Below are positions 1-9,336 of a DNA stretch of 64,000 nucleotides, piece after piece. Position 1 is the first letter of the stretch. Every line of letters starts with the position of its first letter. Position numbers and translations under genes: made by a program. The stretch comes from Dehalococcoidia bacterium (lineage in GTDB: Bacteria > Chloroflexota > Dehalococcoidia > Lucifugimonadales > JADFKI01): positions 330,803 through 394,802 of the forward strand of contig CBDESO010000012.1 of assembly GCA_965242555.1 (NCBI GenBank), written 5' to 3'. The notes below the pieces were generated by a model. It ran no database searches. It had not been told where the DNA came from and saw only the letters and a program-made list of their open reading frames with translations.

Positions 1-59
1 ATGCGCCAAGCGCCACTTTGGCGCCTGGCGCAGCCATCCCCCGCCGCCCCCGCGCATCA

Positions 60-482
60 TCAGAAGAGCGAGAGCTGAGCGGCTACGGCAATCGCCTTCG
101 CCGCCTGCTTCTTGCGCCACCCCTCATAGAGCGGATGCCGGTTAAGCATATCTGCCGTATTTTCGCTAGGCGTCCCCGCGTACAAGTGGTCGGGATTGAC
201 GCAAGGCGGGTTATCGCAGGTGTGGCAGATTATCCTATCCCCAGGATCCTCGCCGTTGGCAATCGCCCACGAAACACGGGTTGCTACATAGTGTTGCGAA
301 CCCTTTTCGTATATCCGCTTGTACCGGCGCGTGTAGAACAAGCCGTAGCCGCGCGGCAACCGCTTATCAGTCCATACCAGACAGCCATCGGCATTGGGAA
401 CTGTGCGCTCGGTTATGTAGCCACGCCAAAAGGCTGCGTCGATTGTGTACATCGCAACCGGCAACGAATTTATCTTTATCAT
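60..482 (-). CDS. HNH endonuclease (phage-associated HNH_3 type)
   Basis: ORF 60..542; the likely start is ATG at 482 (MIKINSLPV). The motif [18 protein letters not shown] is the classic phage HNH nuclease signature. Confidence 0.8.
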   Translation of the reverse strand: MIKINSLPVAMYTIDAAFWRGYITERTVPNADGCLVWTDKRLPRGYGLFYTRRYKRIYEKGSQHYVATRVSWAIANGEDPGDRIICHTCDNPPCVNPDHLYAGTPSENTADMLNRHPLYEGWRKKQAAKAIAVAAQLSLF

Positions 483-913
483 CTCTGCCTCCTTGCCGTG
501 ATATTCCCTATTTAGATGGTAAAGTGTTCGCAACAAAATCACTCGCCGCCAACCTGCCCGGCCACATCTCTACCTGCGGGTTAAGCGGTCAACAAAGAAA
601 TCCCCCACCGCCAACCCGCCCGCAAACATCATTGGGCGGTCAAATCAGCGCAACAAAAGCAGCCCCGACCGCCAAACCCCTACTTCCCGCACCTCCCACA
701 CCGCCCACCCCCATCCCCCACCAAATCCCGCAGCGCCACAATCTGCACATGCGTCTCCCCGTGATGCCGCGCCCGCAATATCAGATGCTCCGCCTTCACC
801 TCCGCCATCTTCAACCCGTCATGCTCGCAGCGTATCGCCCGCGTCCTATCATCTCGCATCTCTATGCCACTCCCCTCTTGTATTCGCGTATCTTATATTG
901 GCGTATTCGCGCC

Positions 914-1049
914 TTTGCAAAGCGATTGCGCCCGCCCTGTTCGCAAAGCGCCGCGCCCGCCCTGTTCGCAAAGCGCCGCGCCCGCCCCGTATGCAAAGCG
1001 CCGCGCCCGCCCTGTTTGCAAAGCGCCGCGCCCGTCTTGCCCGCAAAGA
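914..1049. repeat. Tandem repeat, about 25-26 bp x 5 (core gcaaagcgccgcgcccgccctgt)
   Basis: The core gcaaagcg recurs at 917, 943, 968, 993 and 1018, with a partial copy at 1043 (period 26, 25, 25, 25, 25). It is intergenic, between the portal stop (1129) and the HNH start. Confidence 0.85.
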
Positions 1050-1128
1050 GCGAGGCAAGGCAAGCGCATCCGCATCAATGTTGAAATAGACAATCGCCTA
1101 TTTCAACTCGCCGGCCGTAAGCCTCTTG

Positions 1129-2388
1129 CTACCCCCCAACCGGCGGCAAATTCATCTCCCGCCGAACTTCATCCACGCTCATTATCCCCGCCTCCACATA
1201 CATCCGCCGCCGCTTCGCCTTATTCTCTTCGCTCTCTTTCAGCGCCTCAACGCCGCTCAAGTCAAACTCCACCGACAGCCCCGGCTCCCTGAAATGCGGA
1301 ACGAGATACTGCGTCAGCGCCTCCTCGTACAGCGCCAATTGCGCCGCTATCGTGTCCTCCCAGAACAGCCGCCGCGCCGTGTTGAAGTTGGAAAAGGTCG
1401 TATGCTCAAAATCCCCTATCATCACCTTAGGCACCCCGAACACCCGCGCGATGTCCTCCAGACTCCAGCGCAGGCTTTGGATATACTCCATATCGCGCGG
1501 GCTGAAACCCAAATTGGACGCGCGCATCCCCGCGCCCAGCAGCGCCGGCCGCCGCGCCTTCTCGACGCCCTGATACCGGCTCTCCCACCGCCGGTAGAAA
1601 TCCCCCACCTCGGCGTCGGTCGGATTGCTGGTCGTCTCTATGATAAGTCCCGGCGCGCTGTCGTTCTGCAGCAGCTTTCGGTTCGCCCGCAAGGCGTCCA
1701 AGCCCATATCCGCCGACAACCGCAGCGGCGCTATCGGCGACAGCCCCGCGTAGTCGTCAAGCGGATTGAAATACCGCATCCAAACGATGTCCTCCGGGAT
1801 GTACGGCGCGAGCCGCCCGCGCTCGCCCACATGCACGAACCCGCGCACATACCGCTCGTCATCCGGCACGATGCGAACCCTATCCGGCCGCAGCGGCCAT
1901 ATCTCGGCAACGCCGCCGTCCTCGCCGCGCTCCAGCGCCCAGAACGCCGCGCCCCACAGCGCCAGATGCGTCTCGGTCGCCCGCCACAAATCCCCCCGCG
2001 TCCAAAACGGATTCGGCGCATCCAGCAGCCGCTGCAGCGGGTGATCCGCGCCCGCCGGCTCGCCGCCCGCACGCAGCCGCGCCGCATCCCCGCTCCGCCG
2101 CAACACCCGCAGCGGCAGCCGCGAGACAGCGTCCTGACGCGCCTTTATCGCCGCATATACCATCGCCGAGCGCGGGTAATACTCCCCATACTCCACCGGC
2201 GTCCACTGCCCGGCGCCGCCCAGCGCCCGCTCAAACCCAAGCCCCGGCGCAGCGCCCGACGCCATCCCCTGCGCCGCCATCCCGCCGCCAACGCCGCTTG
2301 CCCGCATATCGCGCCCTGCGCCCCCGTTCCCAATCCCCAACGGCAGCAGCCGCGCCAGCCCGCCAATCCTATCCTTGATATTCACCAT
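1129..2388 (-). CDS. Phage portal protein (HK97 family)
   Basis: ORF 1129..2469; the likely start is ATG at 2388 (MVNIKDRIGG), preceded by GGGAGGA. The region ..SNLGFSPRDMEYIQSLRWSLEDIARVFGVPKVMIGD.. is typical of HK97-type portals. Confidence 0.85.
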   Translation of the reverse strand: MVNIKDRIGGLARLLPLGIGNGGAGRDMRASGVGGGMAAQGMASGAAPGLGFERALGGAGQWTPVEYGEYYPRSAMVYAAIKARQDAVSRLPLRVLRRSGDAARLRAGGEPAGADHPLQRLLDAPNPFWTRGDLWRATETHLALWGAAFWALERGEDGGVAEIWPLRPDRVRIVPDDERYVRGFVHVGERGRLAPYIPEDIVWMRYFNPLDDYAGLSPIAPLRLSADMGLDALRANRKLLQNDSAPGLIIETTSNPTDAEVGDFYRRWESRYQGVEKARRPALLGAGMRASNLGFSPRDMEYIQSLRWSLEDIARVFGVPKVMIGDFEHTTFSNFNTARRLFWEDTIAAQLALYEEALTQYLVPHFREPGLSVEFDLSGVEALKESEENKAKRRRMYVEAGIMSVDEVRREMNLPPVGG

Positions 2389-2602
2389 CGTCCTCCCGTC
2401 CCGTCTTAGTTCGTAGCAATCAATCCGAAGTTCGCTCAATCCCGTTTCGTTGCGCTTAGTTCGTAGCAATCATCCCAAAGTTCGCTTTGTTCATTCGCGT
2501 ATCTTTGTGCCGCCGCCGCGCACAGGCGTTATATGAACGGCTTACGCGGCGAGGCGTCCGGTAGCGTCCATACTTTCCCCCAAGCCTTACGCCGCCATCC
2601 GA

Positions 2603-4024
2603 CTACACCCACACCTTGAGCCCCGACCCATCCCCCATCCGCGGCGGCGCCACCACCGCGAATGTCATCGCCAGCGCATCCGCCGCGTCCGGCGAATTCC
2701 CCCGCCCGGCGCTCTTCTTGTTCAGCCGCACCCGCCCCTTGCCGTCTATGTGATACTCGCGGCTAGACACCTGCCCAATCAGCTCGTCATCGTTGTCAGT
2801 GCTGATGCTGCCCTCCATATACCGCTCGCGCATATGCCACCACACCTCCGCGTTGCGATTGTAGAAATGCGCCTTGTCTTTGGCGTCCATCCCGCCATTG
2901 AACGGCACAATCCGCGTATCCCCCAAATCAAACTCCCGCAGCTTATCCACCACGCCCGCGCCCACGCCCACATCATCCACCACCAGCGCGTCCACGCGAT
3001 TGCGCTCGCAGTGCATCCGCAGAAAATTCGCTGTCTGCGAAGTGTCTATGCCCCGCATGCTGAGCTTGATTTCGGCCTTGCCGCCCTGACGCTTAACCGC
3101 CACCGTCCTATCCGACCCAAACCGCGCCACATCGCACGCCAACACCACCTCGCCCTCGCCCGGCAGATCCCGCCTAGCCGCCTCCGTAGCCGCCCGCAGA
3201 GGCACAACCACCCCGTCCGGATTGTCCGGAAACTCCGCCAGCACAGACGCGATGTACTTCGCGCTATCCTCCCCCCAATCCCGCTTATGCTCCTCAATAT
3301 CCTCCCGCGTTATCACGCCCGGAACCACCTCGCGCCCGGCCGCCACATTCGGCGTATCCGCCGCGCTGATTTTCACCGTCTCATACATATGCCGCTTGCC
3401 GTGATGCGAATCGTAGAACTCGCCCGCCACCGCGAAAGCGTTCCCCGTCAGCAGCAGCAAATTCGGATGCAGCCGCCGCACCGCGTCCATATAATCCGCC
3501 CCAACCCCGTGCGCCTCGGTGATTGCCACCATCAGGTTCGGCGAGTGAAACCCCAGCATGTTGTACGGCGAATTGGACGCGAACCCCAGCGCAAAGGTTT
3601 GCGTATCCAGCTCATACCTTGATGTTCTTGCCATGCGCCCCTCCAGCGGCGTAGCCGACCCCGCGTAAGCCGCCCGCATCTCATTCCAAACAATGCGGTC
3701 AACCTGCCGCGCCGACGGCCCCGTCACGATAACCTTAGCCGGCGAGCGCGTATGCACCCACCACAAAATAGCCCTAGCCGCCGCCCAATCCTTCCCCGAC
3801 CCGTTGCAGCCCACCACCGACACCCGCCGCCTATCGCCCTTCGCGGCCCTTCCCACCGCCTCCAGCATCTCCACCTGCTTCCTATGCGGCTCATCCCCCA
3901 GCGCCCCCCTCACAAACTCCACCGGCGACATCCCCCCAAACCCGCTGCCCTGCTGCTCCACGCCCATATCTCCCACACCTCCCCGCATCATCATCACCCC
4001 TCCGGCGCAAACCCGAGCAAACAA
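2603..4024 (-). CDS. Phage terminase large subunit
   Basis: 473-aa ORF with a Walker-A-like VSVVGCNGSGKDW and a C-terminal nuclease-type motif ACDVARFGSDRTVAV. It sits directly upstream of the portal gene. The start is uncertain because several internal Met codons are candidates. Confidence 0.75.
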   Translation of the reverse strand: MFARVCAGGVMMMRGGVGDMGVEQQGSGFGGMSPVEFVRGALGDEPHRKQVEMLEAVGRAAKGDRRRVSVVGCNGSGKDWAAARAILWWVHTRSPAKVIVTGPSARQVDRIVWNEMRAAYAGSATPLEGRMARTSRYELDTQTFALGFASNSPYNMLGFHSPNLMVAITEAHGVGADYMDAVRRLHPNLLLLTGNAFAVAGEFYDSHHGKRHMYETVKISAADTPNVAAGREVVPGVITREDIEEHKRDWGEDSAKYIASVLAEFPDNPDGVVVPLRAATEAARRDLPGEGEVVLACDVARFGSDRTVAVKRQGGKAEIKLSMRGIDTSQTANFLRMHCERNRVDALVVDDVGVGAGVVDKLREFDLGDTRIVPFNGGMDAKDKAHFYNRNAEVWWHMRERYMEGSISTDNDDELIGQVSSREYHIDGKGRVRLNKKSAGRGNSPDAADALAMTFAVVAPPRMGDGSGLKVWV

Positions 4025-4145
4025 CGCCGCCTGCCCCCACGCCGCAATCCAATATAGTACATATGTACGCTAGGTGTCAACAATAAACCGCCTTGCAAAA
4101 TCCAACCCGCCGCCCTAAACACGCCGCCCGCCGCCAGGTTATCCC

Positions 4146-4175
4146 TTGCAACCTAACGCCCCCTACCTGTAACCT
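4146..4175 (+). promoter_or_regulatory. Promoter-like box A (TTGCAA-18-TAACCT), part of a conserved ~38-bp block
   Basis: The block cccTTGCAAcc..ctacctgTAACCTaa sits 70 bp upstream of the ATG at 4246. Near-identical blocks occur at 5287..5325 and 5857..5892. Confidence 0.4.
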
Positions 4176-4245
4176 AACGCCCGACCCCAGATTTAGCGTC
4201 AGGCTCTAGATGACAAGATGACAAAAGATCTCGCGTGAGAAGACG

Positions 4246-4629
4246 ATGATCAAAGCCAAAATGCCCAAATCGCCAACGACCGCCAAAGCCCTATTGTGCA
4301 TCCTCTTCGGGCTGGCGATAGTCGCGCCGCCCGTTTGGATGATCAACCTTCACTACGACCAAATCGGCGCAAGAGACGAGATAATCAACAATCAGATTAA
4401 AGCGATTGAAAACCTGAAAGACGCAACCCCGGATTGGGAGTCATTCATCCGCTATACGGATGGCATGTACAGCGACGACAGCTACTATCGCATGGCGGGA
4501 GTAAGAGAGCGGCATCGTGACGGAGAGGCGCGCAACCTGATGTTTTCGATGTTCTGGGCGCTGACAGCGGCGGCGGCCGCGGGCTACTATCTAGGGCGAA
4601 TTCAAAGCAATTCGGGCGGCAAGGACTAA
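4246..4629 (+). CDS. Hypothetical membrane protein (N- and C-terminal TM helices)
   Basis: ATG at 4246 with an upstream purine-rich tract. Hydrophobic segments LLCILFGLAIVAPPVWMINL and LMFSMFWALTAAAAAGYYLG. No family recognised. Confidence 0.5.
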   Translation: MIKAKMPKSPTTAKALLCILFGLAIVAPPVWMINLHYDQIGARDEIINNQIKAIENLKDATPDWESFIRYTDGMYSDDSYYRMAGVRERHRDGEARNLMFSMFWALTAAAAAGYYLGRIQSNSGGKD

Positions 4630-4632
4630 CCT

Positions 4633-5229
4633 ATGATTGGATTGCTGCCAACTGTCTTGGCGTTTGTCGTCACTTTCGTCATAGCGGCGCTCTGCCTCGC
4701 TTGGACGCCATTCGCCGCCCTAATATGCGCCCGCATCGCCCGGCGCAGAGGCCTAAGCGCAAAGCGCGCCGCCATCCACGGCGCTATCTACTCCGCCCTG
4801 CTATTCCTGCCTTGGCGCCACCTAATACGCCAAATGCGCGGCGCTCCAATCACCCGCGCAAGCGTCAACGGCGCATACACCTTCGTATATGTGTACGCGG
4901 GGCTAGTGCTGGCTTCCCACATCGCCTTCATATTCACCATCACATACCCATCCTATTCGATCGCCGAATTCGCGGACATAACTGATTTCATTGCCACCTC
5001 AATCGCCGGCGCGCTAGCCTTCATCGCCGGCCTCGCAAGCCTATCCCGCGCCAACAAGCGCCTCGCCGAACTCCAAGAGCGCCATGAATCCCCCAACGCC
5101 ATTGACCTGCCCAACAAATCCTACATAGCCCCATTCGCCTGGGCATGGGCGTCCATGCTAATCAGCTCCGCCACCTGGTATTACAGGTTCATTACCATAC
5201 TCATATGGACGTCGTTCATAGACAGATAA
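4633..5229 (+). CDS. Hypothetical multi-pass membrane protein
   Basis: ATG at 4633 follows AAGGAC, 3 nt after the upstream stop. Four to five hydrophobic helices. Its N-terminal ~75 aa are duplicated at 5444..5716. Confidence 0.55.
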   Translation: MIGLLPTVLAFVVTFVIAALCLAWTPFAALICARIARRRGLSAKRAAIHGAIYSALLFLPWRHLIRQMRGAPITRASVNGAYTFVYVYAGLVLASHIAFIFTITYPSYSIAEFADITDFIATSIAGALAFIAGLASLSRANKRLAELQERHESPNAIDLPNKSYIAPFAWAWASMLISSATWYYRFITILIWTSFIDR

Positions 5230-5290
5230 GCGCCTTCACCCGGCCGCGCCAAGCCCCCGCCCTTGCCCCCGCCACCCCTCCAGCTACCCC

Positions 5291-5320
5291 TTGCAACCCC
5301 AACGCCGCTACCTGTAATCT
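5291..5320 (+). promoter_or_regulatory. Promoter-like box B (TTGCAA-18-TAATCT)
   Basis: Second copy of the conserved block; see 4146..4175. Confidence 0.4.
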
Positions 5321-5443
5321 AACGCCCGCCCCCCAAATTCAGCGCCCGCCGTCCGAAACACAAACCACATCCCAACGAAGACAAGCAAGACACCGCCAAC
5401 ACACTCCCGCAACCGCGCGTGCGTGGCAAACAAGGAATACCCT

Positions 5444-5716
5444 ATGCACCTAGCCGCCGCTTCCTTGGCATTCAGCGTCACTTTCGCCATAACAACGCTC
5501 TGCCTCGCCTGGACGCCATTCGCCGCCCTAATATGCGCCCGCACCGCCCGTCGGCGAGGGCTAACCATAAAACGCCCCGCCATCCACGGCGCGATCTACT
5601 CAGCCCTGCTATTCCTGCCCTGGCGACATCTAACCCGCCAAATGCGCGGCGATCCAATCACCCGCGCAAACCCCCCTTGCCACGCGCCCAAAACCCCCGC
5701 CCACCTACCCCGGTAG
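5444..5716 (+). pseudogene. Truncated paralogue of the N-terminus of the 4633..5229 membrane protein
   Basis: LCLAWTPFAALICARTARRRGLTIKRPAIHGAIYSALLFLPWRHLTRQMRGDPITRA aligns almost residue for residue with the 4633 ORF, then diverges and stops. ATG at 5444 follows AAGGAA. Confidence 0.4.
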
Positions 5717-5860
5717 CGTTTCTTTTCAGGTGGTTTTGAGAGTTTGGCAACTTACGCTCCACCTTATAAAGCAGGTGGTTATGGCAAAGCCATCCAACCG
5801 GCTACAACGATAGAAATGCTCAACCACCTAAATGGAAACGCTACCCCTACCCCCTATCCC

Positions 5861-5889
5861 TTGCAACCCAAACCCGCTACCTGTAACCT
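5861..5889 (+). promoter_or_regulatory. Promoter-like box C (TTGCAA-17-TAACCT) upstream of ugd
   Basis: Third copy of the conserved block, about 55 bp upstream of the ATG at 5942. Confidence 0.4.
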
Positions 5890-5941
5890 AATACTTTATA
5901 CTTGTCAAAACTTCACGCTTGATGCCTCACCCTGCGCGCCA

Positions 5942-7246
5942 ATGAAACTATCTGTCATCGGACTCGGCTACGTCGGCTGCGTCGCCGCCAGCGGCCTCGC
6001 CGCCGCAGGCCACCACGTCCTCGGCATAGACATCGACCACAACCGCATCCGCGCACTCCAAGACGGCATCGCCCCCGTGTACGAACCCGGCTTGCAACAG
6101 CGCATAACCGCCGCCGTCCGCGAGGGCAACCTGCGCTTCGCACACCCCGACCACGTCGCCGAACCCCTCGGCGCGGCCGCCCTCATCGCCACCGGCACCC
6201 CCCCCTCCCACGACGGCGGCGCAGACCTAACCCAAGTCCGCGCCGCCATAGACTGGATCAAATCCCAAAACCCCCGCGACCTAGTCGTCGTAATGAAAAG
6301 CACCGTCCCCCCCGGCGCCGGCGCCCGCATCCTGCGCGACACCCTCGCCGAAAGCGGCATCCGATACGCCGCCAACCCCGAATTCCTGCGCGCCGGACAC
6401 GCCCTCGCCGACTGGGACGCGCCCGACCGCATCGTCATCGGCGCCGAACCCGGCGACCGCGCCGCCATCGACGCCGTCAAAAAAATCCACAACGGCATCC
6501 AAGCCCCCTATGTCATCACCGACATCACCAGCGCCGAAATGGTCAAATACGCCAGCAACGCATTCCTCTCAACCCGAATATCCTTCATCAACGAAATCGC
6601 CGCCCTCTGCGACAGCGTGGGCGCAACCATAGACGCCGTCAGCGAAGGCCTAGCGCTGGACAAACGCACCGGCGTCCGAATACACGCCGGCGTAGGCTAC
6701 GGCGGCTCCTGCTTCCCCAAAGACGTCCGCGCGCTAGACCGCCTAGCATCCACAAGCGGCCTCAACGCCGAACTCCTGCGCTCCGTCATCAGCGTCAACA
6801 ACCGCCAGCGCCTGCTCCCCCTCCAAGCACTCCAAGACCGCTTCCACGGCCGCCTAGCCGGCATCCGCGTAGCCGTGCTGGGCTTGGCGTTCAAGCCCGA
6901 CACCGACGACATCCGAGACGCGCCCGCCCTATCCCTCATACGCGCCCTGCTGGACGAAGGCGCCGCCGTCGCCGCCTACGACCCGCGCGCCAACCGCAAC
7001 GCCGCCCGCCGACTGCCCGCCGCCGTCCGCATCCAAAACACCCTCCCCCAAGCAATCGCCGGCGCCCAAGCCGCCGCCCTCATGACCGAATGGCCCCAAA
7101 TCGCCCACGCCGACTGGCGCGCCCTACGCCCCCAAATGCGCCCCCCCCGCCTAATCTTCGACGGCCGAAACGCCCTATCCCCCACCCAAATGCGCGCCCT
7201 AGGCTACGAATACCTCGGCGTGGGGAGAGGGGCGCCCGCGGACTAG
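5942..7246 (+). CDS. ugd: UDP-glucose 6-dehydrogenase
   Basis: MKLSVIGLGYVGCVAASGLA Rossmann N-terminus, catalytic GGSCFPKD, and the C-terminal UDP-binding motif LGLAFKPDTDDIRDAP. The track ORF starts at 5744, but that extension covers the promoter-like box. Confidence 0.9.
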   Translation: MKLSVIGLGYVGCVAASGLAAAGHHVLGIDIDHNRIRALQDGIAPVYEPGLQQRITAAVREGNLRFAHPDHVAEPLGAAALIATGTPPSHDGGADLTQVRAAIDWIKSQNPRDLVVVMKSTVPPGAGARILRDTLAESGIRYAANPEFLRAGHALADWDAPDRIVIGAEPGDRAAIDAVKKIHNGIQAPYVITDITSAEMVKYASNAFLSTRISFINEIAALCDSVGATIDAVSEGLALDKRTGVRIHAGVGYGGSCFPKDVRALDRLASTSGLNAELLRSVISVNNRQRLLPLQALQDRFHGRLAGIRVAVLGLAFKPDTDDIRDAPALSLIRALLDEGAAVAAYDPRANRNAARRLPAAVRIQNTLPQAIAGAQAAALMTEWPQIAHADWRALRPQMRPPRLIFDGRNALSPTQMRALGYEYLGVGRGAPAD

Positions 7247-7354
7247 CGATTCCATACTCCCAAAACTAATCTCATTTGTTATCCGCAGCCACAATCTATA
7301 AAATAATTGAACAAGCGCATATAACGCCAATGTAAAACAAAGGACTTACGCAAC

Positions 7355-8176
7355 ATGATACCAACTAAAGAAAATAAACGACTCATCATCCTGCTCAGAA
7401 AACTCCAAGCCAAAGAAAACAATGACGCCAATGCCGTCGCCAAAACAGAATACCAACTCTATGGAAACAAAAAAGGCACCCTACCTAGTTTTAAGCACGA
7501 AGATAGGGATGACATCCAACTTCTAGTCGATAAAGGTATGATTGAACTTGCCACAAAGCCCCCCATCAATCCGATAGCACAAATACTTAACCCCTTCCCA
7601 GGAATAGACGAATACCATATCCTACCCAAAGGGCGAGCGTATCTTGCCCAACAAACACAAGACAAATTCATTTCCGGTTCACACACAAGCGGTATGCTTG
7701 CATGGAGTATATGGCTTGACGAATCCATCAATCTGGTGTACAGGCCCAAAATCCGCATTCTTCCTAATCTCATACACTCTTGGATCCAAACAAATCTGGT
7801 CACTACGACACTCAGTATTGACCCGCCGTCCCACGATGAACCTCTATACAGGATGCGTATTCCCCCATTTAATACTACATATGTAGTAACCCGTCATCAT
7901 TGGCAATTTGATAAGGGTACCAAGACCTGGTGGAAACGTAGAACGCAAACCACAAAGAAATCCCTTATCGGCGCTGAAGAAGTAGAAACTTTTTCAGAAC
8001 TAGATGATGCCATGCGCTACGTCGCATACTATTATCCACTTCTCGGCATTAAACGCCTTAACCGAATGTGGAAATGGGTGCGCTCATTTCTCCGCATTGT
8101 TTGGAAAATCCTTAATTGGTGGATACTCCCCACCATCATATCTTTGTGGGTTTATGACAGATATTTCAGCGGATAA
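7355..8176 (+). CDS. Hypothetical protein, possibly an N-terminal winged-helix domain plus a C-terminal TM anchor (low-GC islet)
   Basis: ATG follows AAAGGA. The C-terminal hydrophobic segment is ILNWWILPTIISLWVY. No recognisable family. Local GC is far below that of the flanks. Confidence 0.5.
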   Translation: MIPTKENKRLIILLRKLQAKENNDANAVAKTEYQLYGNKKGTLPSFKHEDRDDIQLLVDKGMIELATKPPINPIAQILNPFPGIDEYHILPKGRAYLAQQTQDKFISGSHTSGMLAWSIWLDESINLVYRPKIRILPNLIHSWIQTNLVTTTLSIDPPSHDEPLYRMRIPPFNTTYVVTRHHWQFDKGTKTWWKRRTQTTKKSLIGAEEVETFSELDDAMRYVAYYYPLLGIKRLNRMWKWVRSFLRIVWKILNWWILPTIISLWVYDRYFSG

Positions 8177-8361
8177 CAGATGCCAAAGGCGTCAAACTGC
8201 TTTATCAGGGGAATTGGGTGAAAGACATATGACACGCCGCGCACATAGATCGCGTGGGTTCAGGGCGCAAGGTGATGCGAGGGAATTTCAATAACCAAAC
8301 ACCACTAGCAATAATGCCGATTATGCGGTAGTATTGCTTTACATCTGAGCGGAGGACTGGA

Positions 8362-9336
8362 ATGGCAAAGCGCATAAGCATCATCAACTTCAAGGGCGGC
8401 GTCGGCAAGACCACGCTTGCGTTCCATCTCGGCGCGGGACTTGCTGCGTTTCATGACAAGAGGGTGTTGCTGGTAGATATGGATCACCAAAGCAGCCTGT
8501 CCATAGTTTGCCTGAGGGCGGGCAAATGGAATGAACTTGTTAACGGCAAGCAGACTGTTGACGAGATTTTTAGAACCTTCATCAATCCGTCCCACTCAGT
8601 TGGCAATGAGATTATTGTCAAGTCCCCTGTGAACCAACGATTCTGGGGCAGGGATTACAATAGCGATAAGTATCGCTATCTTAGCTACAATAAACTGGAC
8701 ATTGCGCCTGCGAGTCTCAGTCTTGACGATACAGAGATTGAGCTAACCGCATCGCATCAAGGCAATGCGATAAATTCAGAATGGAACAAGCGCACGCTGA
8801 TATGCCGCTGGATCGAAGAATCAGCAATAGATGATGAGTACGACTACATCATCTTTGACTGCCCGCCTGCGACAAAAATCGTCGCTCAAAATGCCATTGC
8901 GGCCAGCCACGGGTACATCATTCCAGTTGTGCCTGAGGCAGTGATGGAACGGGGCGCGCCGCATCTCCACCACATGATGGAGTCAGGCATTGATACTCGG
9001 TTAAAGGCTCTCGCCGCGATGGGAGAGCCCCGCCCAATACATGTGCCTGACACCAAACTTGTCGGGTTAGCCATAACTCGCATCCAAGTCGCTGCTTGGG
9101 GTTACACAACTGACCATGATGAGCATCTTGGGTCACTACAGCGTCGTTGGGGAACTGAACTACTAAGGCCTTACATAGAGCAGGGCACTGGTGTGTCTTC
9201 AGCTTTGTCGGTAGGCCGTCCGGTTTATAGCCGTGAAGGGATACGTAGCTGGGGGCAAAACATAGAGGCGCGCGGGATCAATACTCAGTTCATAGAGCTA
9301 ACAAACGAAATCAAGCGAAGGGTTGATGCCTTATGA
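8362..9336 (+). CDS. ParA/MinD-family (deviant Walker A) ATPase
   Basis: IINFKGGVGKTTLAFHLG (KGGxxK[ST]), DMDHQSSLS and IIFDCPPA Walker B. RBS GGAGGA. At 324 aa it is longer than canonical Soj, with an internal insertion. Confidence 0.8.
   Translation: MAKRISIINFKGGVGKTTLAFHLGAGLAAFHDKRVLLVDMDHQSSLSIVCLRAGKWNELVNGKQTVDEIFRTFINPSHSVGNEIIVKSPVNQRFWGRDYNSDKYRYLSYNKLDIAPASLSLDDTEIELTASHQGNAINSEWNKRTLICRWIEESAIDDEYDYIIFDCPPATKIVAQNAIAASHGYIIPVVPEAVMERGAPHLHHMMESGIDTRLKALAAMGEPRPIHVPDTKLVGLAITRIQVAAWGYTTDHDEHLGSLQRRWGTELLRPYIEQGTGVSSALSVGRPVYSREGIRSWGQNIEARGINTQFIELTNEIKRRVDAL

Larger units (their letters stand above)
60..4024 (-). mobile_element. Cryptic prophage remnant carrying only packaging/head-entry genes (TerL, portal, HNH)
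   Basis: Three consecutive minus-strand phage-type genes. No small terminase, protease, capsid, tail or integrase lies between them or to their right. The element may continue left of the window. Confidence 0.6.

Noticed and set aside
914-1049. CRISPR array hypothesis for the 25-bp repeat, and likewise for the 52-bp repeat at 29094..29246
   Set aside because: The repeats are directly abutting with no unique spacers. No cas genes occur in the window.
1126-2409. 427-aa plus-strand ORF and several other ORFs overlapping the portal and terminase genes (e.g. 2750..3622, 3693..4073)
   Set aside because: They are Pro/Arg-rich, have no recognisable motifs, and lie antisense or out of frame to genes with clear phage portal and TerL signatures.
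5744-5941. N-terminal extension of ugd; likewise 18415..18696 for paralogue 2, 15969..16196 for paralogue 1 and 46792..47145 for HEPN-MNT
   Set aside because: The extensions cover promoter-like or upstream-gene sequence and lack homology to the respective families. Better-supported internal starts with an RBS exist.
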